From an uncultured Candidatus Saccharibacteria bacterium (GTDB lineage: Bacteria; Patescibacteriota; Minisyncoccia; Phycocordibacterales; XYD1-FULL-46-19), in contig CAZXCI010000003.1 of NCBI GenBank assembly GCA_964639285.1, positions 31,187 to 95,186 of the forward strand: a DNA stretch of 64,000 nt, written 5' to 3'. Positions 53,999 through 62,086 of the stretch are shown here, one piece after another (position 1 is the first letter of the stretch; every line of letters starts with the position of its first letter). Position numbers and translations under genes: made by a program. The notes beneath the pieces are model-generated. The model was not told where the DNA came from and searched no databases. It was given only the letters and a program-made list of their open reading frames with translations.

Positions 53999-54445
53999 TT
54001 AATCACCTCCTATCCTTTCTTTTATGATACGGGTTGAAACATTCAAAGCCCAATCTCTAACTTGATTCCTATGAGACCCTACCACATTCCTCCAGTTAGT
54101 GTCAAGCCCATTTTTGACACAATAACGAGAGAGAATATTTAAATTACTGATCAGAGCTTCGTGGGCTGATCGTCGGGCTCGGTCGGCATTCTCTGTTTCT
54201 TTGGGATCCTCCTTTCTTATCCTAGAGCTACTCAACTTGTCAACCGCCCCAACATATCGAATGACCGAATCTTCGAGATCTTTGACCAGGGCCTTGGATG
54301 TCTCGTCATGATTTCTGAGCTTTTTTATCTCTTGATAGACATTAAGCGCCTTTTCTTCTTCTTTTGTATAGATCTCATCAAAATCGTGACCCTCTTCGTG
54401 CTTAGCCAAATCTCCCCAAGATTCATTTAAAAATGGTTCAAACAT
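53999..54445 (-). CDS. Hypothetical 148-aa protein with an R-x(4-6)-H (HEPN-like?) motif RARRSAHEAL; possible toxin-like partner of the 77-aa ORF
   Basis: Start set at the internal Met (the ORF opens at 54613 and would overlap the xer promoter region); motif assignment is weak. Confidence 0.4.
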   Translation of the reverse strand: MFEPFLNESWGDLAKHEEGHDFDEIYTKEEEKALNVYQEIKKLRNHDETSKALVKDLEDSVIRYVGAVDKLSSSRIRKEDPKETENADRARRSAHEALISNLNILSRYCVKNGLDTNWRNVVGSHRNQVRDWALNVSTRIIKERIGGD

Positions 54446-54649
54446 ATAATTAATAATACTACGTTTTGTGGCAAATAGGGAATTTTCTCTCTTGTTGGGG
54501 TTAATATGTCGCACAATATTTGATATACTTAGAGGTGTGGCAGATTTAAATAGATTAAAACAAGAATTTCCTGCCCTACTTCGCCCCGACTTCACTAAAG
54601 TTTCGCCGGGCAAGCAAGGCTTCGTAGGACCAAAAACTCTTATTATTCT

Positions 54650-55675
54650 ATGAATGACATTTTTAAATTAAAGAGGGAATTTTTGGAATATCTGGAGATT
54701 GAGAAGGGGCGGTCGTTGAAGACGGTAGAGAATTATGATCGTTACCTGACGAGATTTTTCAAACAAGCGGGCGTCAAGTCCCCTGCCGATATTACCGATG
54801 ACGCAGTAAGGCAGTATCGGTTGTGGTTGAATAGGCAAAGCGCTAACCCTACTTCGCCCGCTGACAACGGGCTACGAAGGGTTCAAAGTAGCTCTGCTAC
54901 TTTGAAGAAAAATACACAGAATTATCATCTGATTGCCTTGCGGGTGTTTCTCAAGTATCTGGCCCGGCGCTCTATCTCCTCTCTGCCACCGGAGAAAATA
55001 GAATTGGCCAAGACCGCCGGGCGAGATCTCGACCTGATCTCTGATGCCGAATTATCTCGGCTGATTGAGATGCCAGGCAAAGATCTCTCGGGCAAGTCTC
55101 AGGGCAAGAAGGCTGGCTCAGGTAAGAATGATGAGGTCAAGAGGTTGCGAGATAAAGCAATGCTTGAACTCTTCTTCTCCACGGGCTTACGTGTCTCGGA
55201 GTTGTGTTCGCTTGATCGCGATACCATCAACCTCGCTCGTGACGAGTTCTCTATCAGGGGTAAGGGTGAGAAAGTACGCTTGGTCTTTCTCTCCGACAAA
55301 GCGCGCGAAGCAATTAAGGATTATCTCGTCAAGCGCCAAGATATGGACGAGGCACTCTTCACCAATCTCTCGCTTATCAATTCTAATTCCTCGGGTTCTC
55401 TCAAGGTTAATAAGGGTGGTGGCAGTGATAGGCTGACACCAAGAAGTGTCGAGAGAATTATCAAGAAATATGCGATTAAAGCGGGCATCACCAAGAAGGT
55501 TACGCCCCATACTCTTCGTCACTCCTTCGCTACCGATCTTCTGCAAAATGGCGCGGATATTCGTTCGGTGCAAATGATGCTTGGGCACTCTAGTGTCTCA
55601 ACAACGCAAATTTATACTCACGTGACCGACAAACACTTAAGAGATATTCATAAAAAATTTCATAGTCGGTCATAA
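54650..55675 (+). CDS. xerC: Tyrosine site-specific recombinase, XerC/XerD family (with an inserted Ser/Gly-rich linker)
   Basis: N-terminal SAM-like core-binding domain; catalytic R...HxxR...Y block LRHSFATDLLQNGADIRSVQMMLGHSSVSTTQIYTHV. Confidence 0.85.
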   Translation: MNDIFKLKREFLEYLEIEKGRSLKTVENYDRYLTRFFKQAGVKSPADITDDAVRQYRLWLNRQSANPTSPADNGLRRVQSSSATLKKNTQNYHLIALRVFLKYLARRSISSLPPEKIELAKTAGRDLDLISDAELSRLIEMPGKDLSGKSQGKKAGSGKNDEVKRLRDKAMLELFFSTGLRVSELCSLDRDTINLARDEFSIRGKGEKVRLVFLSDKAREAIKDYLVKRQDMDEALFTNLSLINSNSSGSLKVNKGGGSDRLTPRSVERIIKKYAIKAGITKKVTPHTLRHSFATDLLQNGADIRSVQMMLGHSSVSTTQIYTHVTDKHLRDIHKKFHSRS

Positions 55676-55687
55676 TTTTTTTGTCTT

Positions 55688-55724
55688 GTGGATAACTCTC
55701 ATTTTTGAGTTATCCACTTTTTAT
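55688..55724 (+). terminator. xer terminator: hairpin GTGGATAACT-loop-AGTTATCCAC followed by TTTTTAT; each arm is itself a DnaA-box consensus TGTGGATAA / TTATCCACA
   Basis: 10-bp perfect stem; DnaA-box identity seen directly. Confidence 0.5.
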
Positions 55725-55738
55725 AAGGGACAAGGGCT

Positions 55739-55766
55739 TTGACTCACTTGTCCTATAAGTTATAAT
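55739..55766 (+). promoter_or_regulatory. Sigma70-like promoter TTGACT - 16 nt - TATAAT driving the downstream non-coding transcript
   Basis: Consensus hexamers; no CDS follows before the 56049-56089 terminator. Confidence 0.45.
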
Positions 55767-55772
55767 TCTATT

Positions 55773-56089
55773 GGACGTGATTTGGTCTTCGCACTTACCT
55801 CCAACCGATAGGACTGTCCTCTTAAGGACAATGTCTTGAAGTAATTAAGGTTTGGCGGTAGCTTGAGATAAGCAGTACGTTTCTCGTGTGGTACCCTAAG
55901 GTGTTTGGTGTATAGTAGCAGTTTGAGACCACAGAAGCGGTGTTATCTTAAGAGGTTGGGCAGAATTCGTTGATCTGCCAAGGGTTCGCCAGAACCTCAG
56001 GGAATCTGGAACAATTGCGGCTTGTTATCATTGCCGCTACTCTATATCGGGCCAGCTGACTCATCATTGGGCGGGTGGCCCATTTTTTA
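55773..56089 (+). ncRNA. Candidate roughly 315-nt non-coding RNA of unassigned family, delimited by a consensus promoter and an intrinsic terminator (GGGCCA...TGGCCC followed by ATTTTTT)
   Basis: No credible ORF on the plus strand; multiple internal hairpins; short tmRNA- and RNase P-like sequence resemblances were examined and not considered sufficient. Confidence 0.3.
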
Positions 56090-56108
56090 TCCAGAATTTT
56101 TCGAGGGA

Positions 56109-57593
56109 TTATTTTACTCGATATTTATCCCTGATTTTTTTGAGCTCTTCTTTTTCTACTTCTTCTTTTTTATTTTTTCCTTTTTCGGCCAGTTCAATCA
56201 ACTCTTTTTCTGACAATTTTGATAATTCTCCTGCTCGTTTCACGAGAAACTCTTCACTGTTTATATCAGGGTTCTCTAGAGCTTCTTCTAATAAAGCGTT
56301 TAAAATATGGCCTATTTTTGGTCCGGGTGTTTCGCGTGTAACAGCCATGACTTGTTTCCCGTCTATTTTCAACATACCAACTGAGGTTGGAGAACGGAGA
56401 GCTTCTTCAATCATGGACTCGTATTTTCTTAATCTGTAAGGCTCTTCCTTGGGTCGGCCCATCCCGATGCGGTCACAAATGCGTAAATTCATTAGGTCCC
56501 AGATATATTCTGGCCCCACATTGGCGATAACTCGCCTGACGGCTGATAAGGTAATTTTCTCTGGATCAGCAAAAAACATGTGATTTCGAACCATTTTTTG
56601 CACTAGCTCTATCTCTTTGTTAGAGAATTTTAAGCGCGACATTATCTCTACGGCCATTCTCTCCCCGACTACCTCGTGTCCGTAGAAGGTATATTCTTTG
56701 GACTTTTGCCCTGTTCGGCGAGATTTGGGCTTCCCTAGGTCATGAAATAGGGCCGCTAGTTTCACGTGTAAAGGGTAATTTTTGTCAGCCGCATGTTGCA
56801 CGGAGCGAAGAAGGTGTTCCCAAACGTCATAAATATGTTCTCCCTTCTGCTCTATCCCTATCCCCCTCTCTAATTCTGGTAAAATATACTGCAAAATGCC
56901 GATTTTGTGGCTAAGAATAAGACCATCCATCGGCTCTGGGGAGTCTATTATCTTAACCAATTCCTCCCTAATTCTCTCGGTGGAGATCTCCCTAAGTAGG
57001 CTAGAATTGCGAGAAATGCTGTCTAAAGCTTCCTTGTTGCACGTGAAACCAAGCTCGCAAGCGAATCTAACGGCCCTTAGCATGCGTAAAGCGTCCTCAG
57101 CGAAGCGTATATCAGCCTCCCCTACTGTTTTGACAATCTTGTCCTTTATGTCCTTTACCCCACCATATAGGTCGATTAATTCGCCCTCAGCGGGGTTATA
57201 GGCCAGTGCATTGATGGTAAAGTCGCGACGAGACAAATCATCTTCGAGCTTATCGCTAAATTTAATATTGTCAGGATGTCGTCGATCAGAATAATTGGCT
57301 TCGGTGCGGAAGGGTGTGACTTCGACATTTTTTAATTTTTCGTCCCCTGCTTCTTCGTTGATCACTGTGACTGTGCCAAACTTATTCTCATAAACAGTTT
57401 TGGGGAAAAGAGCCACAATCTCTTCGGGCGTGGCGTTGGTGGTAATATCCCAGTCCCTGGGCTCACGTCCAATCAAGCTATCCCGGACGCATCCGCCGAC
57501 AAGATAAGCCAAAAAGCCACTATTTTGTAAGGTTTTAGTGATTTCCATGATTTCACGTGGAACGTTTAAGTTTATCTTGACAGTATTGATCAT
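56109..57593 (-). CDS. cca: CCA-adding tRNA nucleotidyltransferase (poly(A) polymerase head domain plus HD domain)
   Basis: GGCVRDSLIGREPRDWDITT nucleotidyltransferase motif, HD domain (HDLGK), 494 aa. Confidence 0.85.
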   Translation of the reverse strand: MINTVKINLNVPREIMEITKTLQNSGFLAYLVGGCVRDSLIGREPRDWDITTNATPEEIVALFPKTVYENKFGTVTVINEEAGDEKLKNVEVTPFRTEANYSDRRHPDNIKFSDKLEDDLSRRDFTINALAYNPAEGELIDLYGGVKDIKDKIVKTVGEADIRFAEDALRMLRAVRFACELGFTCNKEALDSISRNSSLLREISTERIREELVKIIDSPEPMDGLILSHKIGILQYILPELERGIGIEQKGEHIYDVWEHLLRSVQHAADKNYPLHVKLAALFHDLGKPKSRRTGQKSKEYTFYGHEVVGERMAVEIMSRLKFSNKEIELVQKMVRNHMFFADPEKITLSAVRRVIANVGPEYIWDLMNLRICDRIGMGRPKEEPYRLRKYESMIEEALRSPTSVGMLKIDGKQVMAVTRETPGPKIGHILNALLEEALENPDINSEEFLVKRAGELSKLSEKELIELAEKGKNKKEEVEKEELKKIRDKYRVK

Positions 57594-57681
57594 GCCGTTA
57601 TTTTATCTTTTTATGGTGAGCTTGTCGAACTAATTTTTGCTAAATATTCAAAAAGTCTATAGAATTAAGGGGTCAATCACC

Positions 57682-57754
57682 CGCCCCTGTGGTGAAATGG
57701 ATATCACAACAGTCTTCGGAACTGTCGTTGGGGGTTCGAGTCCTCCCGGGGGCA
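57682..57754 (+). tRNA. tRNA-Arg (anticodon TCG), no encoded CCA
   Basis: Acceptor GCCCCTG/CGGGGGC, D-arm GTGA-AATGGATA-TCAC, anticodon arm ACAGT-CTTCGGA-ACTGT, T-arm GGGGG-TTCGAGT-CCTCC. Confidence 0.75.
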
Positions 57755-57804
57755 CAGGCTCAAAAGAACAAAAGTGTTTAGATGAAGATATCACAACAAA
57801 GAAA

Positions 57805-57888
57805 GCCGAAGTGGTGGAATTGGCAGACACGCACGCTTCAGAGGCGTGTAAGCGCAAGCTTGTGAGGGTTCAAATCCCTCCTTCGGCA
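57805..57888 (+). tRNA. tRNA-Leu (anticodon CAG), class II with a long variable arm
   Basis: Acceptor GCCGAAG/CTTCGGC, anticodon arm CACGC-TTCAGAG-GCGTG, variable arm TAAGCGCAAGCTTGTG, T-arm AGGGTTCAAATCCCT. Confidence 0.75.
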
Positions 57889-57936
57889 CATGGTAGTTTG
57901 AAAATAGAATAATTTTTGTTAGAATAGAAAAGTTCT

Positions 57937-58007
57937 GCGGGTATGGTTTAGTGGTAGAACACGTCCTTGCCAAGGATGAGACGGGAGTCCGATTCTCCCT
58001 ACCCGCA
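57937..58007 (+). tRNA. tRNA-Gly (anticodon GCC)
   Basis: Acceptor GCGGGTA/TACCCGC, D-arm GTTT-AGTGGTA-GAAC, anticodon arm CGTCC-TTGCCAA-GGATG, T-arm GGGAG-TCCGATT-CTCCC. Confidence 0.8.
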
Positions 58008-58218
58008 CACACTAGCTTGTCTAAAATACTCTAAAACTGTGGATAACCCTGTGGTTAAGGGGGATAAAAGACGTCTTTTCTTTCTAAAGACTTTCTTATA
58101 GAAACTAAAGGAAAATGGCTAAAAATAAGGGTTTTTTATATAAAACAGTCTATAAAAATGTCGTTTTAGAAGCTTTGACCTATAGTGTTTCATACGAAAC
58201 GTTTTAATATAGTTACAC

Positions 58219-58623
58219 GTGGCACAATTACCTAAGAATAAGACCCAAAAGCAGATAATTGGGCAAAAAGGGGAGGACGAAGCAGTAAAATACCTTCAAA
58301 ATAAAGGTTTTTCTGTCCTTGACCGTAATTATCTTAAACCTTGGGGGGAGTTAGATATTATTGCCAAGAAAGGGGAGTGGCTCTATTTTGTCGAAGTAAA
58401 GACAGTGACTCGTGAGGCGCAAGCTTGGAAGGCGAACGACAATTATGAGCCCGAAGATAATATTCATCCGTGGAAAATCAAGCGTTTGTCCCGCGCGATC
58501 AATACCTATCTCCTAGAAAAAAAGATTGATGACGAATCCGATTGGCAAGTGGACTCAATTTCTGTCTACCTCAATGGTAGGGGAGAGCTCCTCAAAATTG
58601 ACCACCTGGAGGATATTTTTTAG
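58219..58623 (+). CDS. yraN: YraN/UPF0102 family endonuclease
   Basis: GQKGEDEAVKYLQNKGFSVLDRNY...GELDIIAKKGEWLYFVEVKT, the YraN signature; GTG start. Confidence 0.7.
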   Translation: MAQLPKNKTQKQIIGQKGEDEAVKYLQNKGFSVLDRNYLKPWGELDIIAKKGEWLYFVEVKTVTREAQAWKANDNYEPEDNIHPWKIKRLSRAINTYLLEKKIDDESDWQVDSISVYLNGRGELLKIDHLEDIF

Positions 58624-58819
58624 TTACGCTAACTATTGCAAAGTATCTTTAACTTATGTTAAGCGTTTGGCTGTCGCTACTTTATTGATCTTTCTAATTA
58701 AAAATAGAGACTCTAGCTAACTGCTATAAGGTGTGCTAAGATATGACGGTAACCTTAATCGCCTACGCGAAATTCGACGGGCTTTGCCACGCCGTAGATT
58801 CGCTTCGACGAATCGAAGA

Positions 58820-58891
58820 CGGGGTGTAGTGCAACGGCTAGCACGAGTCCTTTGGGAGGATTTAATCCGAGTTCGAATCTCGGCACCCCGA
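58820..58891 (+). tRNA. tRNA-Pro (anticodon TGG), C1:G72
   Basis: Acceptor CGGGGTG/CACCCCG, D-arm GTGC-AACGGCTA-GCAC, anticodon arm AGTCC-TTTGGGA-GGATT, T-arm CCGAG-TTCGAAT-CTCGG. Confidence 0.75.
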
Positions 58892-58895
58892 CAAA

Positions 58896-59555
58896 ATGTT
58901 GAATGGCTTAATTCAAACTTTAACAGCCAGTCTCTTGCTTTGGGCGGAGAGTGCCCCGGTTCCGCTTTTTGTTTTTGTTGGCTCGATAGTAGAAGAGCTT
59001 ATCCCGATGATTCCTTCATCGGTTGTGATGATTACGGCTGGTTTCATGGCTCAAGTCCAGGGCGATCATTGGTGGTGGTTATTAGTTCTTGCTCTTCTTG
59101 CTTCAATAGGCAAGACGCTCGGTTCTTGGGTTTTCTATTTTCTTGCTGACAAGGCCGAAGATTTGGCCACTGGTCGTTGGGGAAAAGTCTTGGGCCTTTC
59201 TCATCAAGAAATTGAACATGCGGGAGAAGTTTTGAGTAAGAAAAAATTGGATACCGTCTTCCTCTTCACAACTCGAATTATTCCAGTTTTGCCCACCACT
59301 ATTTTCTCGGTAGCTTGCGGGTTGATAAAGCTGGATCTCAAACTTTATCTTAAGGTGACGTTGGCTGGTTTCTTTATTCGTTCATTGATTGTCATTGTTA
59401 TTGGTTATCTTGGTGTAACGGGTTCTCATTGGATTGCTACCATGCTTGATCAAACTGAGACGGCAATTCTTGGCATTTTAGTTTTGACTGTAGTTATCCT
59501 TTTAGGATATTTTTATTGGCGACGTCGGCGACAAAAAAGAAAAGATATTGATTAG
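58896..59555 (+). CDS. dedA: DedA/TVP38-family membrane protein
   Basis: VPLFVFVGSIVEELIPMIPSSVVMITAGF...LFTTRIIPVLPTTIFSVACGL, DedA core motifs. Confidence 0.75.
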   Translation: MLNGLIQTLTASLLLWAESAPVPLFVFVGSIVEELIPMIPSSVVMITAGFMAQVQGDHWWWLLVLALLASIGKTLGSWVFYFLADKAEDLATGRWGKVLGLSHQEIEHAGEVLSKKKLDTVFLFTTRIIPVLPTTIFSVACGLIKLDLKLYLKVTLAGFFIRSLIVIVIGYLGVTGSHWIATMLDQTETAILGILVLTVVILLGYFYWRRRRQKRKDID

Positions 59556-59576
59556 ATTTTAAAATCATTTAAAATC

Positions 59577-59648
59577 GGAGTGTAGTGTAACGGTAACATC
59601 CACGATTCGGGTTCGTGGGACTCAGGGTTCGAATCCCTGCACTCCGAC
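59577..59648 (+). tRNA. tRNA-Pro (anticodon CGG), C1:G72
   Basis: Acceptor CGGAGTG/CACTCCG, anticodon arm CACGA-TTCGGGT-TCGTG, T-arm CAGGG-TTCGAAT-CCCTG. Confidence 0.75.
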
Positions 59649-59683
59649 AAAACTGAAGGTTTTGGAGGAGGGTGAAAAATCAC

Positions 59684-59754
59684 GGGCTGTAGTATACCGG
59701 TAGTACGTGCCCATGGGGTGGGTATAGACCGAGTTCGATTCTCGGCAGCCCGAC
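59684..59754 (+). tRNA. tRNA-Pro (anticodon GGG), C1:G72
   Basis: Acceptor CGGGCTG/CAGCCCG, anticodon arm TGCCC-ATGGGGT-GGGTA, T-arm CCGAG-TTCGATT-CTCGG. Confidence 0.7.
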
Positions 59755-59928
59755 AAAAGAAAAAGACAGGGGAGTATTTCCTTGTCTTTTTCTTTTGTCG
59801 TGAGAATCGAACGGGAAGGGGTCGGGAAACGGGAGTTTCCCGTGGCGGAATTATTCAAACCGAGGGGTTTGAAAGCGGAGCGAGTGACAATGAAGCGAGC
59901 AGTGAGTGTTCTCGGCAGCCCGACAAAA
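59740..59928 (+). repeat. Exact 20-bp direct repeat TTCTCGGCAGCCCGACAAAA: copy 1 at 59740-59759 is the 3' end of tRNA-Pro(GGG), copy 2 at 59909-59928 is 149 bp downstream; the intervening segment forms a long imperfect palindrome that includes the tRNA terminator
   Basis: Identity seen directly; classic signature of integrase-mediated insertion at a tRNA 3' end (attL/attR-like), here with only a remnant between the repeats. Confidence 0.6.
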
Positions 59929-59974
59929 AAGTCCTTATTGACATTGTACACACAATGTATATACTTAGTGCATT

Positions 59975-60223
59975 ATGACGACTTTAAATATAAGAATTGA
60001 AAACAAGGCTAAGGCTGATGCGAATAGGGCTCTTGCTCGCATGGGTCTTGACATGTCCAGCGCGGTCAAGCTCTTTCTCTCTCAGGTGGTGAAGGAGGAC
60101 GGCCTTCCTTTCTTGCCAACAAATAATCCGATAGTTATTAAAGCGCGTTTTGATGCACAAGTGGCCGAAGCCAGGAAGAGTCGCGGATTCAGGACGGGCA
60201 AAGGGGCACTGCGTGGTTTATAA
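59975..60223 (+). CDS. dinJ: Type II antitoxin, RelB/DinJ family
   Basis: TLNIRIENKAKADANRALARMGLDMSSAVKLFLSQVVKEDGLPF matches the DinJ/RelB ribbon-helix-helix antitoxin pattern. Confidence 0.7.
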   Translation: MTTLNIRIENKAKADANRALARMGLDMSSAVKLFLSQVVKEDGLPFLPTNNPIVIKARFDAQVAEARKSRGFRTGKGALRGL

Positions 60224-60229
60224 TTTGTC

Positions 60230-60517
60230 ATGCCTTTTCTCATAAAACGAACTAAGGATTTCGAAAAATCTTTCAAAAGAATTAGTCGCTCTGGTTTAAG
60301 TCTGAGAACGAGAGGGAAATTGGAGACGATAATTGATTCTCTTGCTAGTGGCGAGAGACTAGAAAGTAAACACAAAGACCATCGACTAAAAGGGGAGCTT
60401 AATGCTTACCGCGAATGTCACATCATCCCCGACCTTTTGCTTATTTATAAATTGGAGGAAAAAGAAGATGTCTTAATCTTGGTTGATATTGGGAGCCACT
60501 TCCAGTTATTTGGCTAG
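60230..60517 (+). CDS. yafQ: Type II toxin, YafQ/RelE family mRNA interferase
   Basis: ...KDHRLKGELNAYRECHIIPDLLLIYKLEEKEDVLILVDIGSHFQLF matches the YafQ signature (KDHPLTGNWKGYRECHIKPDWLLIYK...RTGSHSELF). Confidence 0.7.
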   Translation: MPFLIKRTKDFEKSFKRISRSGLSLRTRGKLETIIDSLASGERLESKHKDHRLKGELNAYRECHIIPDLLLIYKLEEKEDVLILVDIGSHFQLFG

Positions 60518-60638
60518 CTTTCTCTCTTATAATCTCTACTTGACAAGATACTAGTCATTATGCTATACTTAAAGGGTATTAAGGTGCTAATCGATGGTCG
60601 GTTAGCAAAACTTGGTCTTTGAAAGGAGGTGAAAAGTT

Positions 60639-60926
60639 ATGCCTATAACGCAAGAAAGAAGGACGCAGATTTTGGAGAAGCTAGTCTCATTGGCTATTGC
60701 CAACGAGAGGGTATCTCTCCTTCCGCAGAACGAGTTTCGCCGCAAGATGCACTCCACTGCTCAGAGTATCGATGTGAGAGTAGAAGAGCTTCGTGAGGTC
60801 ATTGTTCCTATTATTCAGGAACGTTTTGACGCAATGATTTCTCTGCCGGAGGCGAATTCGGGCTCTTCAAAAGGCGTCCCGGTTTCTGGCGGGCCGTTCG
60901 ATCCAGGCCCTAATCACCAAGAATAA
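60639..60926 (+). CDS. Hypothetical 95-aa protein with a strong SD (AAGGAGGTGAAAAGTTATG)
   Basis: Only gene in the window with a canonical Shine-Dalgarno sequence, consistent with a foreign-island context; no family recognised. Confidence 0.45.
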   Translation: MPITQERRTQILEKLVSLAIANERVSLLPQNEFRRKMHSTAQSIDVRVEELREVIVPIIQERFDAMISLPEANSGSSKGVPVSGGPFDPGPNHQE

Positions 60927-61141
60927 CTGGCAAGGTCTGAGCTGTGACAGCTCACTAAAGGGTAATTGACTCTCCCAAAATTTTTGGCTAGAGTCAGAAC
61001 AAGAACCTCACCTTCCAGCCCAGTTCCCTGTCTTCCCCAGAACCCCATGCTAGCTAGTATGGGGTTCTTCTTTTGTGTGTAAAACGTTTCATCGCTAGCA
61101 GGGCTCTTGAGAAGAAATTTTTAAATTGGTAATCTGGGGGT

Positions 61142-62032
61142 GTGAAACAAGACTTAGCTTCAAAAATAAAAGCTGATTTGCGCCAAGTGGCCAGCAAAGA
61201 TAAGGCCAAGATTTTGGCGCGCTTCTTCAAAACGGGGAGAGGGGAGTATGGCGAGGGCGATAAGTTCTTGGGCGTGGTGGTGCCAGAGCAGAGGCGGATT
61301 GCGAAGGAATGGCTTAGAGGTTTCACCTCGGCCTGCCCGCAATGCTTTGCAACGCAAGGCAGGCGGGGCTCACTTGAGGAGAAACCTCAAGCCGTGCGAA
61401 GTCTCAATACTCGTTTAGTTGTGAGAAGTCGTTTCTCGCGTAGCCAGATGCGACTTCGCACAACCCTCGATGAGCTTCAAAAACTTTTGCAAAGTCCGTT
61501 TCATGAAGAGCGACTAACAGTACTTCTGATTTTGATTGAGTTGTATAAGAAGGGAGATAAGGAGAATAAGAAACAAATTTTTAATTTTTATATCAATAAT
61601 ATTAAAAACATTAATAATTGGGATCTTGTTGATTTAAGTGCGCCGAATATTGTAGGCGATTATTTATTAAACTTTTATCTAAACGGGAAAGAGGTTAATA
61701 AGTTTTTATTAAAACTAGCGCGGTCAAAAAATCTTTGGTCCCGCCGGGTGGCGGTCTTGGCTACTTTCCCTTTTATAAAAAATAATAAATTTGCCGAAAT
61801 CTTGGCACTTACCAAATTTTTACTTTTTAAACAAAAAGAAAAACATGATCTCATGCACAAGGCCTTGGGTTGGATGCTCCGCGAAGTGGGGAAGCGCGAC
61901 AAAAAAGTTTTAATTAATTTCTTGGATGAGTCTGGGGCGCGACTTCCTCGCGTTACTCTTCGTTATGCGATTGAAAAATTTCCCGAGAAAGAAAGGCGGG
62001 AATATCTGACTCTTCGGTATTGTTCAGAGTAA
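61142..62032 (+). CDS. alkD: DNA alkylation repair protein, AlkD/AlkC-like HEAT-repeat glycosylase family, carrying a roughly 46-aa in-frame insertion
   Basis: N-terminal ...KILARFFKTGRGEYGEGDKFLGVVVPEQRRIAKEW and later ...NNWDLVDLSAPNIVGDYLL...WSRRVAVLATFPFIK parallel AlkD (...MKNHFLFLGIRTPVLRKIAKRIY...VDNWDSVDSFAPHVVGDLL...WVRRAALLALL); GTG start. Confidence 0.6.
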   Translation: MKQDLASKIKADLRQVASKDKAKILARFFKTGRGEYGEGDKFLGVVVPEQRRIAKEWLRGFTSACPQCFATQGRRGSLEEKPQAVRSLNTRLVVRSRFSRSQMRLRTTLDELQKLLQSPFHEERLTVLLILIELYKKGDKENKKQIFNFYINNIKNINNWDLVDLSAPNIVGDYLLNFYLNGKEVNKFLLKLARSKNLWSRRVAVLATFPFIKNNKFAEILALTKFLLFKQKEKHDLMHKALGWMLREVGKRDKKVLINFLDESGARLPRVTLRYAIEKFPEKERREYLTLRYCSE

Positions 62033-62086
62033 AATAAAAAACCTGATCATTTCTAGATCAGGTTTTTTAGATTAAGAATTAAATAA

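Noticed and set aside
55773-56089. Assignment of the candidate ncRNA as tmRNA (ssrA) or RNase P RNA (rnpB)
   Set aside because: Only short, partial motif resemblances. No tRNA-like 3' end or resume-codon/tag ORF for tmRNA, and no complementary P4 strand (AAGUCC...) for RNase P. Kept as an unassigned ncRNA.
56022-56213. 63-aa plus-strand ORF spanning the ncRNA terminator and the 3' end of cca
   Set aside because: Crosses an intrinsic terminator and overlaps cca antisense; low-complexity F/L-rich translation.
57637-58012. Three overlapping small ORFs (57637-57912 +, 57657-57857 -, 57791-58012 -)
   Set aside because: They are translations of the tRNA-Arg/Leu/Gly cluster on both strands.
58733-59149. 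138-aa plus-strand ORF upstream of and overlapping dedA
   Set aside because: Runs through tRNA-Pro(TGG) and is out of frame with the well-supported dedA ORF.
59622-60000. ORFs 59622-59951 (-), 59718-59978 (+), 59782-60000 (+)
   Set aside because: Overlap the tRNA-Pro(CGG/GGG) genes and the palindromic att-like remnant; no coding signal.
61054-61357. Minus-strand ORFs 61054-61326 and 61160-61357 opposite the alkD 5' end
   Set aside because: Antisense to the alkD frame; they arise from the GC-rich palindromic insertion.
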